Origin: Phoronis australis
Taxonomy: Eukaryota > Animalia > Phoronida
Assembly: GCA_002633005.1 (NCBI GenBank)
Contig: NMRA01000115.1
Span: forward strand, 471,176-535,175
Length of the DNA stretch: 64,000 bases
Reading direction: 5' to 3'
Shown here: in pieces, positions 13,209 to 24,460 of the stretch
Layout: the number at the start of each line of letters is the position of its first letter
Numbering within the stretch: position 1 is the stretch's first letter
Notes under the pieces: model-generated
What the model was told of the DNA's origin: nothing
The model's database searches: none
Seen by the model: only the letters and a program-made list of their open reading frames with translations
Translations under genes and position numbers: made by a program

Positions 13209-14170
13209 GAACAAGATGAAAGCGCTCCGAGGAGCGACACTTAAATTAACAGAAAAGACGACGATAGAGATAATGACGAAGATGACGAATATGACGACGA
13301 TGGTGGCGATGATGAACAATTCAAGTAATAACAACATTCACAAGACGAACGTAGAGACCAGGGCCCGGTCTCTAATCTTTGTACTCGAAACGAACTCGAC
13401 ACTATTTTTGGAAATTTCTCTGCTCCTTTTGTGCGAACTTAAGATAATTGGTTATCAGACTGTGCTCGAATACATTATAGTTTATGCATAGGAGTTTCTA
13501 GTTCAAGTTTGCCCTTGAAGACCCTTATATTCGTGCTACAAACTCGAGTAAAAACTCGAAATTTCGAGTTCAAACTCGAACTTATTGCTTTGATATTGGG
13601 TTTGCAAACTGCGAACTAAGGGCAATAAAGTATCTAAGTAAGTTATTGTGTACTCGAGCATAGAATAATAGACACTTATCTTGAGTTCGCCGAAAAGTAG
13701 AGTAGAAAATGCCAAACCTAATTTCGAGTTCCATATTTCGAGTTCCATTTCGAGTAAAAAGATTGGAGACCGGGCCCAGACATCAGTAAGTATAGTCTGC
13801 AGTCTTGAGCGACACTTGGCGAAATTAACTGAAAAGACGACGACGGAGAAGATGACGAAGATGACGAATATGATGACGATGGTTATGATGTTGCACAACA
13901 TCACGACATTCATATGACGCACTTAGATGTCTTGGATCCGATTATGACGAAAAACAATAGGCATCCAGTACTTCCGGAGATACAAGTTGTGAACAAATTT
14001 TGGGAAAATCGGTCAAAAAATGCGACCTGTAGAGTGCGAACAAACAAAAAAACGAGAGCGCTCGGAGGAGCGACACTTCGCGGAATTAATCGAAAAGATG
14101 ACGATGGGGAGGACGACGGCAATCATGACGATCAAGGCGGTAATTATGAATAACACGATAACATTCATGT
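13209..14170 (+). repeat. Triplicated unit with GCGCTC.GAGGAGCG palindrome and (GAC/GAT)n tract; Helentron/HINE-like
   Basis: gagcgacactt..aattaac.gaaaaga.gacga recurs at about 13230, 13807 and 14067. Confidence 0.6.
13362..13776. mobile_element. PIF/Harbinger-like MITE
   Basis: About 30-bp TIR GGCCCGGTCTC.AATCTTT.TACTCGAAA, 3-bp CAG TSD, internal CTCGAA/TTCGAG motifs. Confidence 0.85.
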
Positions 14171-14397
14171 GACTAGCGAAGAAATCAAATTGAGAGCATA
14201 CAATCAACTACAATAAAGAACAATAGATGGTGCAACATGACGGACGAGCCAGGCTTTGTTCCCACATTCCAAAATAGGTGGCGCTATGTGACAGTCTGCA
14301 GAGCAAAGTTATGTTTACAATAAGTATTTGGCCCGGAATTCTACAGTCTACACTAGGACAGTGCTGGCTGGGTCAGTCGGGGACAACTAGGCATAAC

Positions 14398-15398
14398 CAA
14401 AACAAAGTGAACTGAAAGCCAGCCAGCTGCGTGCTTGCATAGGTGACCGAAGGTACAACGGTATCCGAAAATCTCGAATAATTCAAAAAGTAGACGTCAT
14501 AGCGCAAAATGGAAAATATCTTCTGGAAGCCCGTTCAAAACTCTACTTAAAGTGATAGTTTGGCAAAAATCAAAAAAAAATTCGAAAAAATTGAAAATTT
14601 GACGTTTTTTTTTGAAATTCAAATTCAATTAACTCGAAAACGTTAAGTCTGAGAAATACGCTCTCACAGACTTTTTGAAAGAGCATACTTCAAGAAATTC
14701 ACATGGAAAAATTCATATCATTGGCTCTTCCCGTTAAAAACGAGACCCCAGAACGATTGAAAACGTGTGAGCATGAGCCACAGCCGCCATCTTGAAAGGG
14801 ACTTCCGGTTAAACAAAATTTTATAGAAGCTTATTAAACTCAACAAACACGTTACCAGTTTGAAAGTGACTGGTTTGCAAATGCGCCCTCTACAGGAGAA
14901 AACGTTTTTGGCCATATTTCGGGGTGCGCATGCGCCACTACTAATATTTCTGCCATCTTTGATCGGAAGTCAACGATTTCCGGCACAGTTGTAGCACATG
15001 CGTTTTAGTATAATCGTACCGATTTTCAGCCATGTACGTCGAAAAATGCGGCACCTACCAGCATTTGACTGTGAAATCGGATACAAAATGGCCGCCACGT
15101 CAGCCATTTTGTATCCGATCATGACCAAAAACAATAGGCTTCCAGGATTTTCCGATCTACAAGTCGTGTGCAAATCGGACGAAAATTGCGACTTGTAGAG
15201 TGCGAACAAACAAAAAAAAATTGCTGTCAGACCAACATACTTGTCGGAAGAATTCCGCCAAGTAAAAAAAAATTTGACGACAGAGCAACATACTTCTCGG
15301 AATTTGAAGAATTCCGCCAAGTAAAAACTTGCTGTCAGACCAACATACTTGGCGGAGGTCAGACCAACATACTTGGCGGAATTTATTTCGCCAAGTAA
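14398..15398 (+). mobile_element. Helentron/HINE-like non-autonomous element with reiterated terminal hairpin
   Basis: 15109-15220 resembles 13930-14050; ends in repeated ACATACTTGGCGGA...TTCCGCCAAGTAA hairpins. Confidence 0.55.
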
Positions 15399-16114
15399 TG
15401 AGACCGTTTTTAACGATTGGTGGCATAAATCTAAGCTTGGTTTTTGACAGAAACACTATAGGGAGTGGAAAAACGTTTTGTGGTTCATAGGGTTATAGGT
15501 TCAACAATTTTGAACGTGTGTTTTTGTTATTTTGTATCAATAAAATGTGGTGCATTCTTATTTTATATGTTTTGACGCGACACCATTTTGAAAATAGCTC
15601 ATTAAAGACAAAGTATCACTTGACAGCTGATAGAGGAGATACTAAAGTCTACATTATTCAAAATCCAATACGTTGTACCGTCATATCAATTGTTGTACAA
15701 ACATATCAATTGTATTAATCAACAATTGTCCGTGTAGTCCTAGTCGCTTTGCTTTTCTCACTTACATCGAGGGTTCGGTGTTTATGGGAGTGTTGGTCAG
15801 TGGGGCTCTTGAATTAGTAGTCCATCCGGCTTTCACCAGGAATTACGGATGCAACAGTGGTGAAGGTCATATTACATGTACGTTATCTTGATATAACGTC
15901 GGTGACGATACCGTCACCAAGCAATAACTCCGATGGTTAGTTAATTTTGGACCTAAGGCCAAGAAAAGAATCAACCTGTTTATTGTCGTTCAAAAGGTAA
16001 ATCACGTACTGAAAAGCATTATGAGTCTGGTGAGTCAGACGTTTTCGTCCTGTCTCTAAGGGCCTTCACAATGACTGGATTTCGTGCGTCCGGTTGTCTT
16101 GATTTAGATTTAGT

Positions 16115-16620
16115 GGCACTATAGTAACTCCCTCGAAGCGGACGACAAAGTCAAATCTGAAGTGAATGGAAAGTCAACGAAAAATCGCACTGGCAAGCGC
16201 AAAGAGGGCCAGAACGAGTAACAGCAAGCGGTTGCTCTGCAGCAAACTGACGGCACAGGTCGTTCGATGGAGTCAAGGGGAGTCCCCGCCGAGGGGAGCA
16301 TTAAGTGAGCAGCTGGATCGGGGGGCAAAAGTTGTTTTGAGTTGGTCACCATAAACTGTCTGCTCGCCGCCCTTATGTCGAGCGTTGGGCGCATGGTTTG
16401 TTGTAGATGCTTGAGGAAGGCCGAGTCCGGCTCCATCGTACGAGCGTCGAGCGACAGAAGGAAATCTACCGGCAAGTGGAGAGGTGACCCATACACAAAC
16501 TTAGCGGGAGAACAGCCCTGATCCACCCGCAATGACGAACGTACATGTATCCCCAACAAGCCAGTGGCAGTTCTGCCAACAGCGCTTTGAGAGATGCCTT
16601 TAAGGAACGGTGAAAACGTT
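16115..16620 (-). pseudogene. Gypsy integrase C-terminal remnant with PPT-like end
   Basis: LLGI(HV)RSSLRVDQGCSPAKFVYGSPLHLPVDF resembles Gypsy LLGIRxxxxxDxxxSPAELVYGxxLxLPGEF; GAGGGAGTTACT at the end. Confidence 0.75.
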
Positions 16621-17402
16621 ACCATTCGCCTGCGGGCGGTACGCAGTAATTGTGTGAGTAGCAGCACCCAAAACTTTAATCGCCAGAAATGTGTACTATG
16701 TATTACTGCGCAAGCGCTAAATCTTGCCCGTAGCCCTCCACAAGAAATACACAGGAACGGACTACTGTATTATCAGTTATTTAAAAGTGAAGGGAGACAA
16801 CTGTATAACTTCCGATAGCCTGTAGCAGAGAATGTACATGTCAAGACTTGTTACTGCCAAATATCAGCGTTACTGGTGACGATTTATCAACGTCTCTTGA
16901 TGTTTCGGCTTTGCCCTGTTCAACTTCTGCTAACGATTGTCCAGAAGACAATATTTGAGCGCACAGCTCATTTAAAAAAAAATGTGTTGGAATTAATTTC
17001 GCTATCGGATTTGCCGATAGCCTAGTTGACGACCAGTAGTATTCAGAGGTTCCTGATCCAAATTCCTGTCTATTTTTCGAAAAAATTTCCACATTTCTTG
17101 TGCACAGAAAATGGTGGTGTGAGATGATGTGTTACCGATCGCCTGGCTGAATGGAACTTACTCTCTGACGAAGAGTGATTAATTCATAATCGGTAACAAA
17201 TTATTCTCTGTCCATCGTCTTAGAAATGCTTTCGAAGTTGGAAAAAAGCTTGAATTTATAAACAGTTATATCTTTTCGCCTGTAAGTAGGTGAATTTGAG
17301 GTTATGTTCAGAAAGTTGTTTCTTTTTTGTGATCCACAAATTATACTGGTGAAACACGAATCATTTATTTCATCATTGAATGTTTTACAATTCCTATTCT
17401 GG

Positions 17403-18345
17403 CTAGGAGACTGTGAAAAGGTGAACATAATCACTACAGGGTCAGCGGCTGGAGGCGGATGTTCTACCAAAGGCGTCTAGTTGGGCATATTGAGAGCTTG
17501 ACAGGCGCATGTCCGTAGAGAACACGAATATAAAAGCGAACTGTCGCGGATGACGTTGGGAATGCATACTGCGGCTAAAACCACGACCGCTGGGGATTGA
17601 AAAGGGTCGGGGTTACGTCGGCTTATGAAACCACGGCCGCTTTGGGGTCTGTATAGGTTCGTCATTTCATCCGTCCATGTACTCACGGAAGCCTAGGAGA
17701 CTTTGAAAAGGTGAACATAATCACTACAGTGTCAGCGGTGTCTAGTTGGGCATCTTGAGAGCTTGACAGGTGCATGTCCGTAGAGAACACGAAAAGGTGA
17801 ACATAATCCTTAGGCAGATTTACGGGGACCCAGGGCCCCCCTTGCCTGCCGCAAGCACAATGAAACAACAGCAACAGTGAGAAGAAATATTGATTTCAGC
17901 AACTAGAACTGGTAGCGAATGAGGGGGGACTCACACCCCAGATCGCAGTCCAACGGCAGACTTTGGGGAATAGAAGATCCATAACCACGACCCCAGCAAC
18001 TTAAGGTCCGCCTGTGCAGATAAAATCGCGCTTTGCCCGATTCCCCGAGGCAACATGTTGCCCCCCCTTATGCTATCCTAGATCCGCCACTGTAATCACT
18101 CCTGTGTCAGTGGCTGCGAGGTGGATGTTCTACCAAAGGTAGGTGTGTGTGCATCTTGGAAGCTTGACAGGTGGATGTCCGTAGTGAACTCGGAAATCAA
18201 AGCGAAGTGCCGCGAATGATGCGGGGAATGCTCACTGCCGCTGAAACAACGGCCGCTGGGTAGTTGTTTCGTCGTGTTTCATTGTCTTATGAAACCCCGG
18301 CCGCTTCGGGGTCTGTAAAGTATCGTCATCTCATCCGCCCATGAA
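17403..18345 (+). repeat. Local tandem duplication/triplication of a roughly 290-bp unit
   Basis: gaaaaggtgaacataatc recurs at about 17415, 17705 and 17791; gcttgacagg..atgtccgtag recurs three times. Confidence 0.8.
17809..18092 (-). mobile_element. hAT5-like MITE, 5-bp TSD TAATC
   Basis: Ends CTTAGGCAGATT...ATCCGCCACTG; the empty site acataatcactac is seen in sibling repeats; inverted homolog of 44110-44424. Confidence 0.85.
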
Positions 18346-18752
18346 ACCACAGCCGCTCCGGGGTCTGTAAAGGATCGTCATTTCATCCGCCCATGAAACC
18401 CCGGCTGGTTCGGGGTCTGTAAAGGGTCATGGTATCGTCCGCCCATGAAACGGCCCCTTCGCGGTATGTAAAAGGACATGATTTCACCTGCCAATAAAAC
18501 AACGGCCGCTTTGAGGTTCTGTATAAGTAGTGGTTTCATCTGCGCGTGAAACCACGGCGGCTTCGGGGTCTGTAAAGGGTCGTGGTTTCACCTGTCCACG
18601 ACACCACGGCCGTTTCAGAGTCTGAAAAGGGTGAGGTCCATCCGTCCACGAAACCCCTACATCTTCGAGGTCTGTAGAGGGTCATGGTTTCATCCGCCTA
18701 TGATAGGGACGGTAAAGGGAAGTGGTTTTATCCGCCCATGAAACCACGGCCG
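18288..18752. repeat. About 52-bp minisatellite, about 9 diverged copies, each self-complementary
   Basis: Consensus ATGAAACCACGGCCGCTTCGGGGTCTGTAAAGGGTCGTGGTTTCATCCGCCC. Confidence 0.88.
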
Positions 18753-18767
18753 GGATCTTGCCCTCGA

Positions 18768-20771
18768 AAGGAAATATCCTTCTAACTGAAAGTTTTCCTA
18801 ATTTGTATCGATTTAGATCGAGTAGTTCTACTCGATAACGGCACGTACAGTTGCGTTACCTGACACCTGACGGCAGACGGAGGTGTTGAAATTATCCAAT
18901 GACGTCATTGGTTTCACACGCAGTCTGTTCAGCAGTTCACAACACGGGTTACTGGTGTCAGCTTATCGCTTGAATTCATCATGTAACACCAATAAACAAT
19001 CAAACTTCGATGTACAACCCTTAAAAATACACCGAGTTCTTATAAAAATGTGATGTTTTATTTTCCTGTTCGGGATTTATTGGTATTTAGACACACCGTA
19101 GCCTGCAGAGTTCGGCAGGCCAAGGTCCGTAGCAGGAGTTTGGTGTCTGTTTGGAGATAAATTCGAAGTATTTTTCCGTGAGATACAGACAGAAGAACCT
19201 AGATCTGTGTTGTTTAAACTTGTGATTTTTTGAGTTCTAAACACACAAAACGCTTGTTATCCTGGCCAGTGGCTCGGAGCCCGATCCGGCCCGTCGCGGC
19301 CGGACTGACTCGATATCGGCGGCCAGTGGCTCGGAAACCGATCAGGCCCGTCGCGGCCGGAGTGAAGACGTCACGAACATAAACCAGCCAAAGTTGGAAA
19401 CTAATCTTCCAGTCAAGAAAATACTATAATAGTGAGCCAAAGAAGAAATGTGCACGGGATTATGCTGGTGAATTAGTCACGAAACTGCAAATCTCATGAC
19501 GGTGACATCCCGTTGCTCCCAACTTGTTCGATTGAATAGCTATCAACAAGTTGGGAACTTTACCCCCCGTAGCCAATTAACTCAATTCTGGCGTTGATGG
19601 CTGGAGGGAGTGCGCTCTTTTGTTTGATAATTGCTCTAATCTCCGATCAGATCGTATCTAGCCTAACTGGGGTGGGCTGATAAAAATGAAAGTTAAGTTA
19701 AGCCAGATATTATCGCACGTTCAGCACCCCTCACGTCTGGAAAAGTTACTGAACGACAGGAAGCTGTAATGTACTTACTCGTCGGGGGCCGCTGATTAAG
19801 GTTCCGCTTTGGCCACAGAACCGTCAGGGCAGAAGTTGTACATTGACAATCATTATTTGAATGATGTAAATGTAAATAAAGATTCCTCTAACACCCGACC
19901 GTGGAATAGAAATCGAGTTGTTTCACAACAGTTTCTGTCAGAAAACACTGAATAACCACGGCCTCGGTGTCCCGGTGTCCCGTCAACTAGTTTTATTGCA
20001 CCTAAAATTGGTAACGCAGTAATTTATTCATTGCTGGCTTCTCAAATTCGTCACGAGCACTCCAAATGCTTTACAAATTGCATCTAATGAGGCAGAATTT
20101 GTTTCAGTTTTATACACTCTGTAAGTTTTGGTTAGGATGAGAATGATTCATTTTGAGACAGAACGCTCAGTAATAAAAGGTGTCAACATGGCAACTCGCA
20201 ATCCCGACTAAGACGATAGCTCATCCCGGCGACGAAAACTTCGCAGGTGGAACGGTTAAGTTTCACAAGCTATCAGCTCGAACCGGAAGACAGTGATGAA
20301 GAAATACTAGAGAGGCGCCGTGAACAAGCTCAGACAACGGAACGTATGGATAGTTTGGTAAGCCGTTAATCGTCAGGCACTGTCGACGACTGCAGGCTAC
20401 AGACACGGAGATGTTTCACAGCCTCATACTTGCTATTTACAGAGTACTTTTCATTCTCCACTACTGCGAGTCACTTCCTAAGCATATCGTACTATCGAGG
20501 AAGTCGAAAAAACGATATACCCGCTTTCCTCGCAGCTGCATAGCTCGGACAAGAACGAACGATGCTCCGCAACACAGCGGCATTCACTCTGAAAATGAAC
20601 CACTGACGTCCCTGCTTCGATTCTCACCTTCCTCACAGGTCAATGCGAAACCTCTCGGCAAGGTAAGGTCGATCGTATGCGAGGCGATGTGGATGTAGAT
20701 CGATTAAGACGCCAAAAATGACTAATTAAATCGGGTGGAATTCTCCTTTTTAAATCGGGTGGCATTCTCCT
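18768..20771. mobile_element. Kolobok-like element copy 1 with THAP remnant (20380-20583, -)
   Basis: Colinear with 41213-42854; right end GGGTGGCATTCTCCT|TTAA, tandemly duplicated; left end degraded. Confidence 0.85.
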
Positions 20772-21559
20772 TTAAAGGCGGCAGAACCTGGAGATCAGTT
20801 GAAATAACGGTCGAAGTGCTGAAGTATGTCAGCGACAGAGACGGGCTTACCTGCATGAAGCTTTAAATTAAGACTTAGGAGAGAGTACTTCGTTATGCCT
20901 GATTAAAAATATTTCGTATTTTATTTAACTTGCAGATGACATCTTAATTTTGTAGTGATATGTTTCAATCTGGTCCAACTTTAACATTCTGTTAAGTGTT
21001 TTTCAAAATTTATACTGCTTGAGCCCGAGTTATTATGAAGACGCGGTGTAGAGAGACATCTTAAACTTGCATAAAAATCTTAGAGTAGTAAGAAATGTAT
21101 TGTTACAGCTGCTACGCATGCTTAAAATCCCAGCGGTCAATATTACATAGTTTGATTAAAATTCAATTTCTTATTGCAGTATTTACGATTAATTGCTTGC
21201 TACTTGGATGTTTATTTAGGCACAAAACAATATTTTAGTATATTGATTTACATCTGATGTCCTGTGTTTTACATGGTGCCCCACGGATTCCTGTTTAAGT
21301 ACATCCGGCAAGGGTTTTAGTTGTATTTTACCAGATGTTTAGCTTGCTTTGCCTAATTCTTGTAATAACAAAATTACTGCAAGTGGTCGATTTGAAAGAT
21401 TGAAACATCATTCCCAGTAAAACTGGATTCACATATTAAGTGTAATATGTTCACATTTTTAACCATTATCTTCCATACAAGTACATGTTAGATTTCCAAC
21501 AACCCGGGGGACTCCAGTGAGAAAACCCATTATAGAACCAGTTGCAGGTGAAGTCTCGT

Positions 21560-21830
21560 GATAATGGGACCTATAAAAATTGACGGGCCACTGTAACGTA
21601 GCCCGACACAGACTCATTACTGGGCATATGGGGAAGCCAGTGTGTCCCGAGTATGATACTGAAGTAGAATTCCCTAAACACTTGGTAGAGTCCTGCCCAG
21701 CTTCTTATAAGCTGAGAAGCAACCTAGTGGATGACACTGTTAATGTACATGTTGCCTACAACTTAGAGTGAGTGCATGGCAACGTATGGAAACGTCTGTC
21801 CGTTTTCTTAAAGGAGACTGGCACACTTGA
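21560..21830 (+). pseudogene. Non-LTR retrotransposon ORF2 C-terminal zinc-knuckle remnant
   Basis: LTGHCNVARH...G..VCPEYDTEVEFPKHLVESCPA..LR. Confidence 0.6.
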
Positions 21831-22671
21831 AAACTTCTTTCACGAAGAACCATAATGAGGTTCTCGTGCTGTAGCTCACGTGTTTTGTGCAATGGGCCCC
21901 ACCATGAGGCCTGCGCACGTCTGATGCAACGCAAATGACATCAGGCCACCTGCACTGTTTTTTTATAAAAATTCCGACTAAATCTGCAAACAGTGAATTG
22001 GCATGTATTTACTTACCACTGACACGTGACCAGAGGTTTGTTAAATCGTTTGTTCTGTACTGTATTTATCACTTCTTGAAAAAATCATTATCATGCAATT
22101 TGACATCTCTTGTAGTGCGTATTTATTTGACTTGCTCATTTTTTTTTGTTTTGTGTTTCACAGTGAAACGGTAATTACTGAAAAGCCCCCACTTTGGCAA
22201 CACTTGCCCTGCTAATGGAACAATGATCGATTTCATTGATATCTTAAAGTGTTGTTTCGAGTACTCTTTCACATCTTAATTAAATCTGTGTAATCACCTT
22301 TTTTCAATACTAGAGTTTGTAAATTTATTATGGAAAACACGGTTTATGCGTGAAATGTTTCTGATTATAATTTTACTCACAGTTCTGGAAGTCACTAGAT
22401 GGCGCTTGCTATGAATTTTCCATATTCAAGGCTCTAATGAGACATTATGTCTTTAAAAATATTTTGTGTGCAACTAGTTATTCATCTTTTACGATTTGTT
22501 TTATAGGTTACCATTCATTACTCAGGCATTGATATGGCATGAAAAAATTCTACAGGAACACAGTTACTGAGACACAGCATGCTGTCAACATATGATTTTC
22601 TGTTTGTATTCCGTGTTTACACGACTGAATATTGTTCGTCACTACCCATTGATTGCGCGGCAGTGTTTCGT

Positions 22672-23059
22672 CCAAGGTAGCAGACGAGGCGCGCTGGTTT
22701 TTGAAAACTCTAAGGTCGGTTCGACGTTGGTAAACAGTCGCCTCCAAGTTGGTGCAAGGTTGGCAAACAGTGGCTTGCAGGTTGGCGCGACGTCGATAAG
22801 TGGTCGGAATTGAATTGGCACAACGTCGGTAACGGGTCATTTTTTTGACGTCAGCCCTAGGTCTCACCGTCGTCGGTTATCAGTTGTTATTGCCCTGTGT
22901 CGGACCAATGTCGGTTCATTCGTTGGCCCGAAAGCGAGGTCGTGACGACGCTCAACCGATGGACGAAATAACGTTGGCCCGACGTCAGTAACCGTTGTCG
23001 GCCCGAATGTAATGTGAGTCGTCGGCCAGCGTCGGTCCACTGTCAGCATGCTATCTGAG
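22672..23059. mobile_element. CACTA/EnSpm-like MITE with many (A)CGTCGG/CGTTGG subterminal motifs
   Basis: Ends CCAAGGTAGCA...TGCTATCTGAG (CCCAGATAGCA-type TIR); dense reiterated motif in both orientations. Confidence 0.55.
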
Positions 23060-23061
23060 GG

Positions 23062-24460
23062 GTAGACACCGGCCCTCGGCCGCGCAGTCGTTTTCGCCAG
23101 CAGCTTGGCCTGACCTGCCTGACTGGCAGGCCTTGGCCCTCGAGCGCCGGCTGGTGGCTATCTTTTCCACTCGCAGAAATTCGTTTCTCGCCGCCGTTAG
23201 TCTTTCGGGATTCAAACATCGGCCACGTGCGTGGACGGGCGGTCCATGGGTCAAGATATGGTAGTCAACACCATTTTTATTGACTGTGGAATCGAAACAC
23301 GGGGTAAACTAAGAGGTCCGAAAACTGCCGTAAGCATGAAGTGAGAGACCTTCAAGGATTGACGAGATCGTTTTGTCCCGTAGAAAAATAGATGGATTGT
23401 GAACAACAACAGGCGCTTGCCTTTATAGTCAGTGACAAGGCGGTGGGCAATGAAAAATCAGCACCTAGGATAGGGCAGGTGAAGTCGCCAAGATAAAATT
23501 GGTGAGCGTACTGCTGCTTAGGACTGAGCTCCACCGCGAGAGTGCGAGTGGCCCATTTGTTTATGGAACTTCCGTTAGCCGCTACCACGTTTAACGGCTG
23601 CCTATAGCGTTTCCCTGGTTGGTTGTCTTAGGCAGCAGCAATGTCCCAAACTTGCAGCCAGGCTGGCAGCAACGAGCCTCAGGTCCAAATTTCATGCGGT
23701 AGAAGCATAGGCCTAAGGTGGAAGAATCTGTAGGTGAGCTGGCGTCATCATACTGAATACGGGAACGACGTCGTAAGCGCCTGTCGGCCGAAATCGTGTT
23801 TACCAAAACAAACGTGGACATGTCGTGGTCATGGAAAATCCAGAAAGTGTAGCTTGACCGTCAGCATGCATGGAGACCTGGGCCCAGTTACATAAAAGTT
23901 AATAATGCGTCGTATAGCAACAATGACGATTGTTGAACAATGCACCTGACGTCATGCAACCAAAAAATTAAACTTATTCAGCGGATAACGTTTGAAGCTT
24001 TATGCAACTCAGCCCTGTTGTACCCCGGCAGTACGCGCCTCCCAGATGCAGTCCTCTCTCTCAGCAAGGTCGTCCTGTCAGCAATGTTTGATAGTGCGAA
24101 CGTTAGCAGGTAGGTTCATAAGAGAAAAATACTCGTTTTAAAGTCTGGGGGTCGTCGTTAAGGGTGTTGATCTGTCGCATGAGAGCAGTAGGACGTATGT
24201 CACCAAGGCCATTGAAGTTCAGAATGTTACCGCCGAGCCTGGGATTTTTTAAAAAGTTTTAATGAGAGCGGTCTATAACGCGCCATACTTCTTAGTGAAT
24301 GGTGGGTTGACGAGAAAAGCCTTCTACAGCTGCGTTAACATCAAGGGCACTAACCTCATAATCGTACTTGGTTTGGTCCTGTAAAACCCCTTTGGTCCCA
24401 AACTGAGTCTCGACCTTGGCGAACCAAACTTCGAGCGATTTTTGCAAAAATCCGGTAACT
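23062..24460 (-). pseudogene. Gypsy gag-protease-RT-start remnant
   Basis: EVWFAKVETQF..QTKYDY (gag), LCFYRMKFGPEARCC..GC, LVAANGSSI..PILGADF (protease), THGPPVHAR..LNPERLTAARNEF; frameshifted. Confidence 0.88.
23881..24014. mobile_element. Harbinger-like MITE nested in the Gypsy remnant
   Basis: TIR GGCCCAGTTACATAAAAG / CTTTTATGCAACTCAGCC, CTG TSD. Confidence 0.75.

Noticed and set aside
13107-14207. Hydrophobic or Met/Thr-rich small ORFs
   Set aside because: They are translations of (GAC/GAT)n repeat tracts.
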